NCBI GenBank assembly: GCA_964607415.1
Contig: CAZSKK010000001.1
Span: 4,190-68,189, forward strand
From: an uncultured Candidatus Saccharibacteria bacterium
GTDB taxonomy: Bacteria; Patescibacteriota; Dojkabacteria; J137
DNA length: 64,000 bases
Reading direction: 5' to 3'
The position numbers and the translations under genes were made by a program. Every line of letters begins with the position of its first letter. Within the stretch, counting starts at the first letter, position 1. The notes below the pieces were generated by a model, which was given only the letters and a program-made list of their open reading frames with translations, was not told the DNA's origin and made no database searches. This document shows, in pieces, positions 49,083-58,750 of the stretch.

Positions 49083-49556
49083 ATGAAAACATTAATTATC
49101 TATAAATCAAAATGGGGTGCAACAGAACAATACGCCAAATGTCTTGCAGAGGAGTTAACTGGTTCAATATTAAAATCCGTAGATGATGTGCTAGAGCCAG
49201 ATTTGAATGATGCTGATTTAATAATTTTAGGAAGCAGAACATATATTGGCCAAATCCAAATTGTTTCTTTTATTAAAAAGCATTGGCATATTTTAAAGAC
49301 AAAAAAACTTTATTTATTTAGTGTTGGAATTATTCCGTGGGAAAAACCAGATGCTAAAAAAGCTTTTGAAGCTATTCCTGAAGAAATTAGATCTTCTCTT
49401 CTAGGACATAGAAAGCTTCCAGGAAGAATTGATATGAATAAGCTTAATTTTTTACAAAAAATGATGGTTAAAGCCCAAAAGTCTGGAAATGTTGATAAAG
49501 TTGATAGAAAAGAGTTGGAAGTTGTTAAGGATGACTTAAAGAAGTTGCTAATATAG
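49083..49556 (+). CDS. Flavodoxin-like protein (HemG-like).
   Basis: MKTLIIYKSKWGATEQYAKCLAEEL...ADLIILGS. Confidence 0.55.
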   Translation: MKTLIIYKSKWGATEQYAKCLAEELTGSILKSVDDVLEPDLNDADLIILGSRTYIGQIQIVSFIKKHWHILKTKKLYLFSVGIIPWEKPDAKKAFEAIPEEIRSSLLGHRKLPGRIDMNKLNFLQKMMVKAQKSGNVDKVDRKELEVVKDDLKKLLI

Positions 49557-49594
49557 GAACGTTTTTCTCACACATGAATGTAGTTGGGGGAAAG

Positions 49595-49720
49595 TTTGGA
49601 AATAACTCCATTCGACAGCATAATATGCTGTCTCACCCTCTCAAGAGGGGAGATGGAACATTCCGATAACTCGCCAAACCCGTAAACTCGTTAACCCGCT
49701 AACTCGTAAACTGGCCTCTA
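49595..49720. repeat. GC-rich palindromic repeat (family 1), copy i, plus an imperfect approximately 16-nt tandem repeat (TAACTCG..AAACCCG) x3.
   Basis: CGACAGCATAATATGCTGTCTCACCCTCTCAAGAGGGGAG, then AACTCGCCAAACCCGTAAACTCGTTAACCCGCTAACTCGTAAACTGG. Confidence 0.45.
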
Positions 49721-50851
49721 CACAAACTCCATTGCAACAGTATTTTCCAAATCCATTCCTTTTTCAGAAAGCTTGAAGGAGACATCATCAATTTCAACTA
49801 AATTCTTGCTTTTCAAATCTCTAATCTCTTTTTTAAACAAATCCTTAAAGTTGTGTCCGAATTTATTCTTAAATTTAGAAAGGTTCATGCCGTCCATTAA
49901 TCTCAAATGCAAAATTATATATTCTTTTATTGCTTGCTTTTCTGAAATATCAATAACATTTTCTTTGTATTCTCGATTAAACAAAACTCCAGCCGCATAT
50001 TTTTCGACGCTATAAATATTATTAAAACGTTGGTTTTTAAAATATGAATGTGCGGATGCTCCAATTCCCAAGTACTCTTCTCCACCCCACACCGAAAGAT
50101 TATGTTTGCTTTCAAATCCAGGCTTTGCAAAATTGGAAATTTCGTAGTGTTTGTAGCCAGCTTTTTCAAGTTTTTCTTTTGCAATTTCGTACATTTGCCG
50201 GTCGAGTCCTTCTTCTAATCTTTTAAATCTACCTTGCTTTTCAAGAATTCCGAAAATTGATTCCTGATCCACTTCCAAACTATATGTAGAAATATGATTT
50301 GGTTTAAGTTTTATTACGTTATCAACACTTTCTTCCCAGTTTTGAATAGTTTGATTGGGAATGCCAAAAATTAAATCAAGGTTAATATTTTTAAAGCCTG
50401 ACTTGATTACCCTATCATAACTTTGCAAAAATTCTTCAATGGTATAAAGCCTTCCAAGATACTTTAGCATTTCATTCTGCCAGGCTTGTAAGCCAATACT
50501 AATTCTTGATATTCCTGAATCTAAATATGTTTGAAGCTTATCGCTGGTTAAATTTTCTGGATTTGTTTCAATAGAAATATCTAAATCTTTACTAACTTCA
50601 AAGTTATTTTTAATTAGTTCAACAATATCCTTTATGTACTTGGCATCAACAAGCGATGGAGTTCCACCTCCAAAGTAAATTGTTTTAACATAGTGATTTT
50701 TTAGATCTTTTTTGTAATCCAAAATCTCTTTATGAAGTGCTTTAAAGTATGCGGGTAGTTCGGGAGTACGGCCAGCAACAATAAAGAAGTTACAATAGCG
50801 GCATTTTGCTTTACAGTATGGAATGTGGATGTAGAGGTTGATTGGCTGCAT
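49718..50851 (-). CDS. hemW: Radical SAM heme chaperone HemW / coproporphyrinogen-III oxidase-like protein.
   Basis: Radical SAM Cx3Cx2C (YCKAKCRYCNF) and the HemN-like fold. Confidence 0.8.
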   Translation of the reverse strand: MQPINLYIHIPYCKAKCRYCNFFIVAGRTPELPAYFKALHKEILDYKKDLKNHYVKTIYFGGGTPSLVDAKYIKDIVELIKNNFEVSKDLDISIETNPENLTSDKLQTYLDSGISRISIGLQAWQNEMLKYLGRLYTIEEFLQSYDRVIKSGFKNINLDLIFGIPNQTIQNWEESVDNVIKLKPNHISTYSLEVDQESIFGILEKQGRFKRLEEGLDRQMYEIAKEKLEKAGYKHYEISNFAKPGFESKHNLSVWGGEEYLGIGASAHSYFKNQRFNNIYSVEKYAAGVLFNREYKENVIDISEKQAIKEYIILHLRLMDGMNLSKFKNKFGHNFKDLFKKEIRDLKSKNLVEIDDVSFKLSEKGMDLENTVAMEFV

Positions 50852-50865
50852 AATTATTCAAATTC

Positions 50866-51168
50866 TTAAGAAAGGTCTAACTGGTTTAGTATTTGATTTA
50901 CTCTATCTTCACTTAAAGCCCCAATAAATTCACCAAGCTGGGTTTTATTTATTGTAAGTGTAGTGTAAGTTTCAACAATACTTTGTTTGGGAAGATTTCC
51001 TTCGCCAGCTTCTAAAACTATAATTTGGGGCATATTCAGTTTTTTCATGTTTGTTGTTATGCCGCAAACTAGCAAAGAATCGTCTTCGTTAACTTTTACG
51101 GCCACGTATGGATGGGAAAATTTACTTTCAGTTTTTAGCCAGTAGATGGAGCCGTGTGTAATTTCCAT
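50866..51168 (-). CDS. MazF/PemK-family type II toxin (endoribonuclease).
   Basis: GSIYWLK...HPYVAV...LLVCGITTN...MPQIIVLEAGEGNLPKQSIVETYTTLTINKTQL..IG.LSEDRVNQILNQL matches the MazF/PemK pattern. Confidence 0.65.
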   Translation of the reverse strand: MEITHGSIYWLKTESKFSHPYVAVKVNEDDSLLVCGITTNMKKLNMPQIIVLEAGEGNLPKQSIVETYTTLTINKTQLGEFIGALSEDRVNQILNQLDLS

Positions 51169-51197
51169 TAGATTAGAAGTTTATATGATTTATCAAA

Positions 51198-52082
51198 TTA
51201 ATCCATTAATTCTATGAGCTTATTATAATTTGTATCTATAAATTCTGACAAATTCTCTTTAAAACCAAAAAATAGAATTCTTAGCACGTGCCCTAAATAA
51301 TACAGATTCTCCCTTTCTTGTTCTACTTTACCCATATTTAGAAACTCATGGTACATTTCAAGCATTTGCTTGTTATCATCAATTAAAAATAACCTTATTC
51401 TTGAAAAGTCATATAAAGGATCACCAAAATTTGCATCCGACCAATCAATAAATGCTTTAATCTGATTATCATCAATAATTATATTCCCACCGTGAATATC
51501 TGAGTGTAGCAGGGAATATTCTTTAGGTTCGGCTAATACTAAAATTGATTTATTAATTTTTTGGAGTGCACTATTAATTAAGCCTCCATCAAATCTTTTA
51601 TTTTGAATTAATTCCGTCCATTTATAATAAGGATGATCAATTTTATATTTTAAGGAAAAAAATTCTTTCCAACTCATGCCTTTACCTTTATATACCATCT
51701 CAAAATCACCAGCTAGATTTTCTTTTACTTTGTGTATGTCAGAAGTTATTTCTAAAATTCTTGGCAGGTATTTAATTACTGAATCTTTTTGTACAGTATC
51801 TAGTAATTTTCCTTCAACAAATTCAAATATTGCAATTTTATCTTCTACTGAGTAGCTAATAACCTTTGGGGCTGGAATTAAAATATTTTGATTTTTAATC
51901 TTATTCAAAACCAGAGCATCTACAACTGCATTGTAATCTGCTTTACAAATATATTTTTTGCCTTCCAAAGTTTTAAAGGTAAACACAATATGGTCATATC
52001 CAGATTTTGGAATTGTGATCTCTCCAATTTTAGTATTTAGAAGCTTTTCAGTTTTCGTAATAATTCTATCCGGGATAGTCAT
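51198..52082 (-). CDS. APH/choline-kinase family phosphotransferase.
   Basis: Catalytic loop HSDIHGGNIII and IDWSDANFGDPLYDF (Brenner and DFG-like motifs). Confidence 0.7.
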   Translation of the reverse strand: MTIPDRIITKTEKLLNTKIGEITIPKSGYDHIVFTFKTLEGKKYICKADYNAVVDALVLNKIKNQNILIPAPKVISYSVEDKIAIFEFVEGKLLDTVQKDSVIKYLPRILEITSDIHKVKENLAGDFEMVYKGKGMSWKEFFSLKYKIDHPYYKWTELIQNKRFDGGLINSALQKINKSILVLAEPKEYSLLHSDIHGGNIIIDDNQIKAFIDWSDANFGDPLYDFSRIRLFLIDDNKQMLEMYHEFLNMGKVEQERENLYYLGHVLRILFFGFKENLSEFIDTNYNKLIELMD

Positions 52083-52101
52083 AAAATATTCAATATGAAC
52101 T

Positions 52102-52659
52102 ATGATTTCAGCTTGCTTATGTATAGCTCTTATAATAACATTATCTCATATAAGTTATAACAAATTCATGGAAGCAGATTATCTTTACCGTTATGGAGCT
52201 ATTGCAATTATAGTTAAAGATGGAAAATTCCTTGTAATAAACGATATGGGTTTTAATCCAGGTGACTATGACTTTGTGGGTGGTGGAAGAGAAGGTAACG
52301 AAACCCCTGAAGAAAATTTATTTAGAGAAATACAAGAAGAAATAGGCTTAACATCAGAATCATTCCGATTAGTTGGTAAGAGCAAGCATCAAGTTAAATT
52401 TGATTTTAGTGGTGGTTTTAGAGAAATGGGAAATGTGAAGTATAAAGGTCAGATTAAAGACGCTTTTGTACTTGAGTTTTTAGGTGATGAAGAAGATATA
52501 AATCCTGCGCCGGATCAAGTAAGAAGCTACAAATGGGTAGATGCAAGTGAATTAAGTACACATTTAAATTTTAAAGGTCAACTGGAGAATGCAATGCGAA
52601 TAATCCAAGATGTTATTCCAGAATACCTTAGTGAGAATAAAGAGCAAAAATTGGTTTAA
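52102..52659 (+). CDS. NUDIX hydrolase. The likely start is an internal Met at about 52168.
   Basis: Nudix box GGGREGNETPEENLFREIQEEIGL. Confidence 0.8.
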   Translation: MISACLCIALIITLSHISYNKFMEADYLYRYGAIAIIVKDGKFLVINDMGFNPGDYDFVGGGREGNETPEENLFREIQEEIGLTSESFRLVGKSKHQVKFDFSGGFREMGNVKYKGQIKDAFVLEFLGDEEDINPAPDQVRSYKWVDASELSTHLNFKGQLENAMRIIQDVIPEYLSENKEQKLV

Positions 52660-53291
52660 TTTCCATTTAGCAATTTGTTAAAGAATTCGTATTCAAGTTT
52701 AGCTTGATAAACTTCAGTAAAAACATCTTCAAGTTTTTCGTTATGAATTCTTTTTAGGAGATTTAAAAGCGTATCAAAGTTTTTGTATTTAACTAATAAT
52801 TCTATTGCGTAACCAGATTCCTGGTAAACTCCATCCTCATGGAATTCTTGGCTGTTTAAAAACATTGAAAATTGGCCAGGGAATTTTTGTGAATTTTGAC
52901 CAGATGCATAAATTGCAACGCCTTCCCAAAGCCAGGTTGGGTAATATGTTGATTTGGTTATAATTTGGTAAAAACAATGTGCCATCTCGTGTTTGATTAG
53001 TTTGTAGTAATCATCTTCCTTGTATCTATCGCCTTTTTCCTTAATGTATGTTTGTTTATCTAGTACATAAAATTGATGAGAGCCAAATGTCCAGCCAGAC
53101 ATATTTGTATTGTCACGGTTTTGCCAATTGTTAACAGTATTTCTGTCTTCAACCAAAAGTAGTTTAGGTAAATTGCGCACCCAGTTTAGTTTAAACAGGT
53201 CGTTGAGTTCTTTAAAAGCTTTATCGTAAAGCTCGCTAAGCTCTGTAGATTGGATTGATTTTAGGGAGAAAATGTTGGTATTCATAAGCAT
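52656..53291 (-). CDS. Hypothetical HExxH-motif protein (putative zinc metallohydrolase).
   Basis: KHEMAHCFYQ. No further assignment. Confidence 0.35.
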   Translation of the reverse strand: MLMNTNIFSLKSIQSTELSELYDKAFKELNDLFKLNWVRNLPKLLLVEDRNTVNNWQNRDNTNMSGWTFGSHQFYVLDKQTYIKEKGDRYKEDDYYKLIKHEMAHCFYQIITKSTYYPTWLWEGVAIYASGQNSQKFPGQFSMFLNSQEFHEDGVYQESGYAIELLVKYKNFDTLLNLLKRIHNEKLEDVFTEVYQAKLEYEFFNKLLNGN

Positions 53292-53424
53292 GATTATAGG
53301 ACTAGATGGGGGGATTGTCGAGAAGAAGAAATTTTGACCCTACAGGTCTCAGCATCGAACTCTTTCTTCTTTGACCTCATAGAGTCGATTAAGTCCTTTG
53401 TACAATGGTTTTCGATAAATAATC

Positions 53425-53967
53425 TTAATCTAAATTTTTAGCTAAGTTATTTATTAAAAGATCACTATATGATTCAGAAATAAAATCACTTGGATTGATC
53501 TTCAATAAATGTTGAACAACTTTATGCTCTTCTTGGATTTTATCATAATCATCACCTTCTAAAACTTCACTTTCAAGCTCAACAAATAAACCTAAGTTTT
53601 TTACTTCATCAATATGAATAAATGTGTTCTCAAACTTGTACTTCTTTCTCTTTTTAGTCACTATTACTTTTACTCCTAATGATTGAGTAAGCATTTCTTT
53701 TAAACTATTGTAATCCTCAATATTCAATGTTTTATAAGTTGAAGTCTTAGAATCAGATAAATTCTCCCTTTCGTAGTAGATTAAAGCACCTCTTTTATTA
53801 TCTGAAATTCTCAGTTTCAATCTTCCATTAGGAGATTTGAAATAGTAATCTACCTGATCGCTAATCTTAATAAAGGTGGCATTATTATTGCTCAATATAT
53901 TTTTTAAAGATTCTAGATCTTGAATTCTAGCTTTTGTTTCAATATTTAGGTTCTGCATATTCAACAT
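53425..53967 (-). CDS. CYTH-domain protein (CyaB/ThTPase-like triphosphate tunnel metalloenzyme).
   Basis: N-terminal ETKARI (ExK), YYF, RLKLRIS, ERENLSDSKT, and a beta-rich body of about 180 aa. Confidence 0.55.
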   Translation of the reverse strand: MLNMQNLNIETKARIQDLESLKNILSNNNATFIKISDQVDYYFKSPNGRLKLRISDNKRGALIYYERENLSDSKTSTYKTLNIEDYNSLKEMLTQSLGVKVIVTKKRKKYKFENTFIHIDEVKNLGLFVELESEVLEGDDYDKIQEEHKVVQHLLKINPSDFISESYSDLLINNLAKNLD

Positions 53968-54086
53968 AATATTATAGATTATAAGCTAATCTATAGGTAT
54001 TTTTAACAATAATTTTCTACCTTTTGACAAAGAAATGTTAAACTCTTTGAATTATTATGATTCAGTAAAATTCTTATTTAAGACAT

Positions 54087-54794
54087 ATGGCACTGGCGAC
54101 GAAGAAGAAAGTATTAGTAATTGAAGATGACAAACTTTTGGCTGTAGTAATTCAAAAGAAGGTCGCTAAACTCGGCTATGACGTATTCATAGTTAATAAT
54201 GGGGATGATGGATATAGCAAAGCTATCTCCAATGAATATTCCTTGGTAATTTGTGATATTGCTTTACCTTCAACAACTTCTGAAATAACTAATGGATTTA
54301 CAATTGTAGAAAAAATGAAGCAAAAAGGTATGAAAACACCAATTATTATAATTACCGATAATGCTACAAAAGAGAATGAAATGAAAACATATGTAAATGG
54401 GGCTAATATATTCCATAAGAAAATTGACTATGATTTATTAGGAGTTCAAGTTATTTCTCTAATTGATTCTTACAAACTTCAATCAGAAATAGAAAGAGGT
54501 GATATTATTTTAGATCCTTCTAAGGAAACTTTTAAAAAAGCAGGAGTTATCTATGAACTTACTCGTAAAGAATTTATCCTGATGCTTATATTACTAAGTT
54601 CTCCAGGTGAAGTTTTTTCAAGAAGAGAAATTTTAAGTAAGTACGTTACTAGAATGAATAGTGAAGAGAGTTCAGTTGATACTCTAGTTAGTAGATTAAG
54701 AAGAAAGTTAGGGAAGTATAAGGGTGAAGAAGTTATTGAGACAATACATGGTAGAGGCTTTAGATTAAGTCTTAAATATTTAGAAACTAAATAA
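54087..54794 (+). CDS. OmpR-family response regulator.
   Basis: Receiver domain (VLVIEDD...VICDIALP) plus a winged-helix trans_reg_C (LTRKEFILM...VDTLVSRLRRKLG...IETIHGRGFRL). Confidence 0.85.
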   Translation: MALATKKKVLVIEDDKLLAVVIQKKVAKLGYDVFIVNNGDDGYSKAISNEYSLVICDIALPSTTSEITNGFTIVEKMKQKGMKTPIIIITDNATKENEMKTYVNGANIFHKKIDYDLLGVQVISLIDSYKLQSEIERGDIILDPSKETFKKAGVIYELTRKEFILMLILLSSPGEVFSRREILSKYVTRMNSEESSVDTLVSRLRRKLGKYKGEEVIETIHGRGFRLSLKYLETK

Positions 54795-56148
54795 CCTGAT
54801 TAAATGCTAGTGTAAATTTAGTATATTTACCTAATTTACTTTCTACATCGACATCAGCTTTAAATTTTTCCTGCATGGTGCTTTTTACAAAAGCTAATCC
54901 TAAACCCAAATTATAGTGAGTATGTTTTTGCGAATAATCTTCTTCAAATACTTTCTCTAAATATTCTTTTGGAATACCACGCCCATTATCTAAGATTTCT
55001 ATCTGAACTTTATTATTACGATTTAATAATCTAATTTTAATAACGCCTTCATAATCAACACTTTTTAGCTCCTCTATCGCATTTACAAGTATATTTATTA
55101 GAATTCTTTCATATAAACTTACTACTCCTTTAATTCTGAATTCTACATCCTCAATCTCTAACTCAATTTTTATTTTGTTAGAGCTAAATTCATTATTTAA
55201 AATCTTGATTACTCGTTCAAGGTGATCTTTAGGGTTGAATGTTTGTACTAAATCCTTACCTCTCATTATCTCTTTACTTTCATAAATTATTTCGTTTATG
55301 TGTGTCAAAGATTCGATAGCAAGACTTATTAACTCTTCATCATATTCCTTAGTATCATTTAAAATCTCTAAAGTACCTTTCAAACCACTAAAAGGAGTAG
55401 TTAAGTCATGTAGTAAAGGCTTAGCTATACTACCAATAACAGATGTATCATACATTGTTTCAATTTGTTTATTGAAGTTATCTTGAAGAGTTTTTGTTCT
55501 TGCTTTGATGATCTCTTCTAGCTTGGTATTCATATCTTCTAATTTCTGTGCATACTTAAAAGCACTATCATAGTAAGTTTGCATTTTATGGAATGAGATA
55601 TGAATTAATTTTAAGACTACAAATAATAGTGTAAAGATCATAATCGCTGAATTAAAGTTTGGAGGTTCGGTATCTGGTGTATAAGGGACTACGCCCTGAA
55701 TTTGAAGGTAAGTTATAAACGACATCCATCCAAGCATTATTATGAAATAGATAATTGCTACTTTAAATCCTAATACAACCATTATCGACATAAGGGTAAT
55801 TACTACTACGATGTTAAGTGTTGACATATCTATTCCATAAAGACTCGTAGAAAATAATATTGTAATTGTTAGTATTATCACCTGTATAAACATGAAGATT
55901 CGATAATTCTTAAACGTGATTTTAATTCTAAGAATCATTAAGGCTACATTTATAAGCACTACAAAGATGAATGCCATGATTTGAGGTTGTTTATTGAATT
56001 CATAATCATTTGCAATCCAATTTCTAAGATAAATACCTAAAGCAACTAACGCAATACAAATGAGAACATCATAAATGAATCTGACAACTTCAAACCTTAC
56101 TTTATCGAGTTCTTTTGTATATTTTTTATAATGTTGTTTATTTTTCAT
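54787..56148 (-). CDS. Membrane sensor histidine kinase.
   Basis: Multiple N-terminal TM helices; H-box LLHDLTTPFSGLKG; HATPase N and G boxes (LVNAIEEL, DNGRGIP, GLGLAFV). Convergent with the response regulator and overlapping it by 8 nt. Confidence 0.8.
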   Translation of the reverse strand: MKNKQHYKKYTKELDKVRFEVVRFIYDVLICIALVALGIYLRNWIANDYEFNKQPQIMAFIFVVLINVALMILRIKITFKNYRIFMFIQVIILTITILFSTSLYGIDMSTLNIVVVITLMSIMVVLGFKVAIIYFIIMLGWMSFITYLQIQGVVPYTPDTEPPNFNSAIMIFTLLFVVLKLIHISFHKMQTYYDSAFKYAQKLEDMNTKLEEIIKARTKTLQDNFNKQIETMYDTSVIGSIAKPLLHDLTTPFSGLKGTLEILNDTKEYDEELISLAIESLTHINEIIYESKEIMRGKDLVQTFNPKDHLERVIKILNNEFSSNKIKIELEIEDVEFRIKGVVSLYERILINILVNAIEELKSVDYEGVIKIRLLNRNNKVQIEILDNGRGIPKEYLEKVFEEDYSQKHTHYNLGLGLAFVKSTMQEKFKADVDVESKLGKYTKFTLAFNQVI

Positions 56149-56494
56149 ATTAAAAAAGGATCTCTTTGAGGAGATCCTTTACAAAAATACTGCTGATAAG
56201 AAAATAATTAATCTAGCCTAAAAGTATTTACTGGAATCTCCAGGACGGTAAAAGTACGTTGCTTATTCTTTTTCATATTATGGATATTAAAATTTTCAAG
56301 ATATTATCACTTTCTGTTTGACAAAACCTTTACAAAAAGAACATATTCACTTGACAGGGATTATATCATGCAGCCGGAAACATTGTACAGTAAAGGATAT
56401 TAGAGAATATAGGTGTCAAGAAGTGGTGACAAATTATTAAGAAAATATAAAATTGAGTTTTCCTTTAAGTAATGCATTATAGATTACCTTATAA

Positions 56495-56908
56495 TTAAAG
56501 TGTTGCTATGAACTGTTTCACTTCTTGTGGTAATTTCTCAAAGCTTTCTTTATGGTGCAGCTCTAATATCTCATCGTAATTAAAATATCTAGCATCTACT
56601 AAATCATCTCCTGCCGTAGGTTCATCGTTACTAGTACATAAGAAGACAGTACCGTGACTTTTTGAATCTCCAACTACAAGTTCATATTCGCTAAGCTTCC
56701 TAATTATAGTTAGAGCCATATTAAGCTCTTCCTTCATTTCTCTTATTAGAGTATCTTCAATTAATTCATCGCCATCAGCTTTTCCACCTGGAAAATGCCA
56801 AGCATCATTTAAAAAATGTCCAGGTCTATTTCCCTTTTTTCCCATTAATACTTTCTTATCTTTTACTATAATAGCAATCACTCCTCTTCTTATATATTCA
56901 CTTGCCAT
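56495..56908 (-). CDS. NUDIX hydrolase.
   Basis: Nudix box GGKADGDELIEDTLIREMKEELNM. Confidence 0.8.
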   Translation of the reverse strand: MASEYIRRGVIAIIVKDKKVLMGKKGNRPGHFLNDAWHFPGGKADGDELIEDTLIREMKEELNMALTIIRKLSEYELVVGDSKSHGTVFLCTSNDEPTAGDDLVDARYFNYDEILELHHKESFEKLPQEVKQFIATL

Positions 56909-56918
56909 AATAATATTA

Positions 56919-57305
56919 TTAAATATATTTAATTAATTCTTTTGGACTTAAAGCATATCCATCAAACAATACATCTCTACTAACTTCTTGATCTTTCATT
57001 AAAGCATAGATTGGTTTCTTCATTGCATAAGCATATGCAAGTTCCATAGTTACACTATTTCCACAATAGCCTTCTTTATTATAAATGAAGACTACATCAG
57101 CTCTTTCAATTAAGTCGAAATATTCTATAGTAAGACCTTTATATAACTTTCTCAAAGCAGCTTCAGATAGTTTGTCCCAATCATCTGTTCTAAATCCAAG
57201 TTTTGGATAGATTACCCTAAATCCAGCATCTTCAAGTTCTTTAGCAAAGTTTTCAATTTCCTCACCTGCTTTTTTAATTGATCCACTAATTACTATAGTT
57301 TTCAT
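56919..57305 (-). CDS. Nucleoside 2-deoxyribosyltransferase-like (NDT/SLOG superfamily) protein.
   Basis: MKTIVISGS...ADVVFIY...GNSVTMELAYAYAMKKPIYAL: Rossmann-like, with the conserved Glu in the G-x-x-x-E-hG-hA motif. Confidence 0.6.
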   Translation of the reverse strand: MKTIVISGSIKKAGEEIENFAKELEDAGFRVIYPKLGFRTDDWDKLSEAALRKLYKGLTIEYFDLIERADVVFIYNKEGYCGNSVTMELAYAYAMKKPIYALMKDQEVSRDVLFDGYALSPKELIKYI

Positions 57306-57311
57306 AATATA

Positions 57312-58232
57312 TTAATTAAAAATATCCCAATCAAAATCTCTTAGAAACTCTTGATGTAATCTAATTCTTCTTGTACTAAATTCATTTAATTCTTCAGAAT
57401 AATATGCAAGATATTCAATAACTCTTGATAACCAGTACAAAGTGTCCAATTTCTTTTCTGCTTTAGTATAATTCATTAATTTGTAATATTCATGAATAGC
57501 TTTATCTCCTAAATTAAAGTGCCAGATATACATTCTTATTCTTGCGAAATCATAGATCGGGTCTCCGTACATTGCTTCACCCCAATCTATTATTGCCGCT
57601 AATTCATCAGTTTCAGAATTCACGAATAGATTCCTTTGGTTAAAGTCAGAATTCAATAGAGAATAGTTTGAATCTATAAATTTATTCTTTGAAATTACTT
57701 CAATAATTTTGTCTATAGAGTCTAAAATTAATTGCTTATCTAATCCCTCTCGCTTAGATATTTTAACCCAATCTAAATTAGAATTATCACCATTGAAAAA
57801 AGAGAGTAAGAAATCTTTCCATAAATTATATTTTTGATGCGAGTTTAGGTATCCTGCTTTATCAGATTTAACTCTATGTAGTTTCTCCAGATTTTCCACC
57901 ATTGAAGGTATATATTTGCTCATTTCCATGCCTTCAATAGTTTCTAATAATGGAGCTGAAATCTTTTCTAAAATTACAATAGATTTTCCTTCAAAGGTAA
58001 AGCTATCAATGAGTTTCGGTACTGCTAGGTCAACATTTGATTGTTGAAGTATTCTTAAAACGTTAGCATCATTATTATTCTCTTCGCTTTGTTTAATTGC
58101 ATATTCATTGCTATTTTCATCCTTTAAAAAAACTACAGAGCTACCCATTCCTTGTGGTGGAATAGTAGAATCAACAATTATAATATTTAATCTCTTTTGT
58201 ATTTCCTCAATTAGAGCATTCATATATTCCAT
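57312..58232 (-). CDS. APH/choline-kinase family phosphotransferase.
   Basis: LLNSDFNQRNLFV (catalytic loop) and IIDWGEAMYGDPIYDFARI. Confidence 0.7.
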   Translation of the reverse strand: MEYMNALIEEIQKRLNIIIVDSTIPPQGMGSSVVFLKDENSNEYAIKQSEENNNDANVLRILQQSNVDLAVPKLIDSFTFEGKSIVILEKISAPLLETIEGMEMSKYIPSMVENLEKLHRVKSDKAGYLNSHQKYNLWKDFLLSFFNGDNSNLDWVKISKREGLDKQLILDSIDKIIEVISKNKFIDSNYSLLNSDFNQRNLFVNSETDELAAIIDWGEAMYGDPIYDFARIRMYIWHFNLGDKAIHEYYKLMNYTKAEKKLDTLYWLSRVIEYLAYYSEELNEFSTRRIRLHQEFLRDFDWDIFN

Positions 58233-58746
58233 TCACTAAAATGGTTAATTTTTTCTTTAGTTCTCTTTTGATTATATCTCTAGTTCCAGTCCAGCTTAAT
58301 TCTTGATCAATAATATCTATTGGAACAAATTTTCTAAATTGCTGTAACCCGCCTGGATCTTTTATAAATTTATCAATCTTTTTTACCCTTGAGATAAATC
58401 TAAGCTGAGTAGAATCATAAATTTCTTTTCCATCTTTTATTTCATAAGCAATTACATAGAAGAATGGGATAATATATCCCTCATCAATAGTTATTGCAGT
58501 TTCTTCATAAACTTCTCGAATCAATGTTTGTTCGGGAGTCTCACCTTTTTCTCTTGTTCCACCGGGTAATCCCCACCAAGAGCCATCTGCGCTTACTAAT
58601 AGTATTTCATTCTTTTCATTAAGGATTACTCCTAAGCTCTGAGTAGGATCAGTTTCTATAATAGCAAAATCGTTATCAAAGTATTCCTTAAAAAGGATTT
58701 CTTTGTTACCGATTTTAAATTTTGTCTCATTAGTAGGCATCTTCAT
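58207..58746 (-). CDS. NUDIX hydrolase.
   Basis: Nudix box GGTREKGETPEQTLIREVYEETAI. Confidence 0.8.
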   Translation of the reverse strand: MKMPTNETKFKIGNKEILFKEYFDNDFAIIETDPTQSLGVILNEKNEILLVSADGSWWGLPGGTREKGETPEQTLIREVYEETAITIDEGYIIPFFYVIAYEIKDGKEIYDSTQLRFISRVKKIDKFIKDPGGLQQFRKFVPIDIIDQELSWTGTRDIIKRELKKKLTILVNGIYECSN

Positions 58747-58750
58747 GACA

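Noticed and set aside
49083-50851. Heme-biosynthesis cluster (hemG-like flavodoxin + hemN-like gene)
   Set aside because: The genes are convergent and separated by a repeat. The radical-SAM protein looks like the HemW chaperone type, and no other heme genes are present. It is not called as a pathway.
51169-51197. Antitoxin gene for the MazF-like toxin
   Set aside because: The 29-nt gap cannot hold an ORF, and no RHH/AbrB-like small ORF is adjacent. It is left as an orphan toxin.
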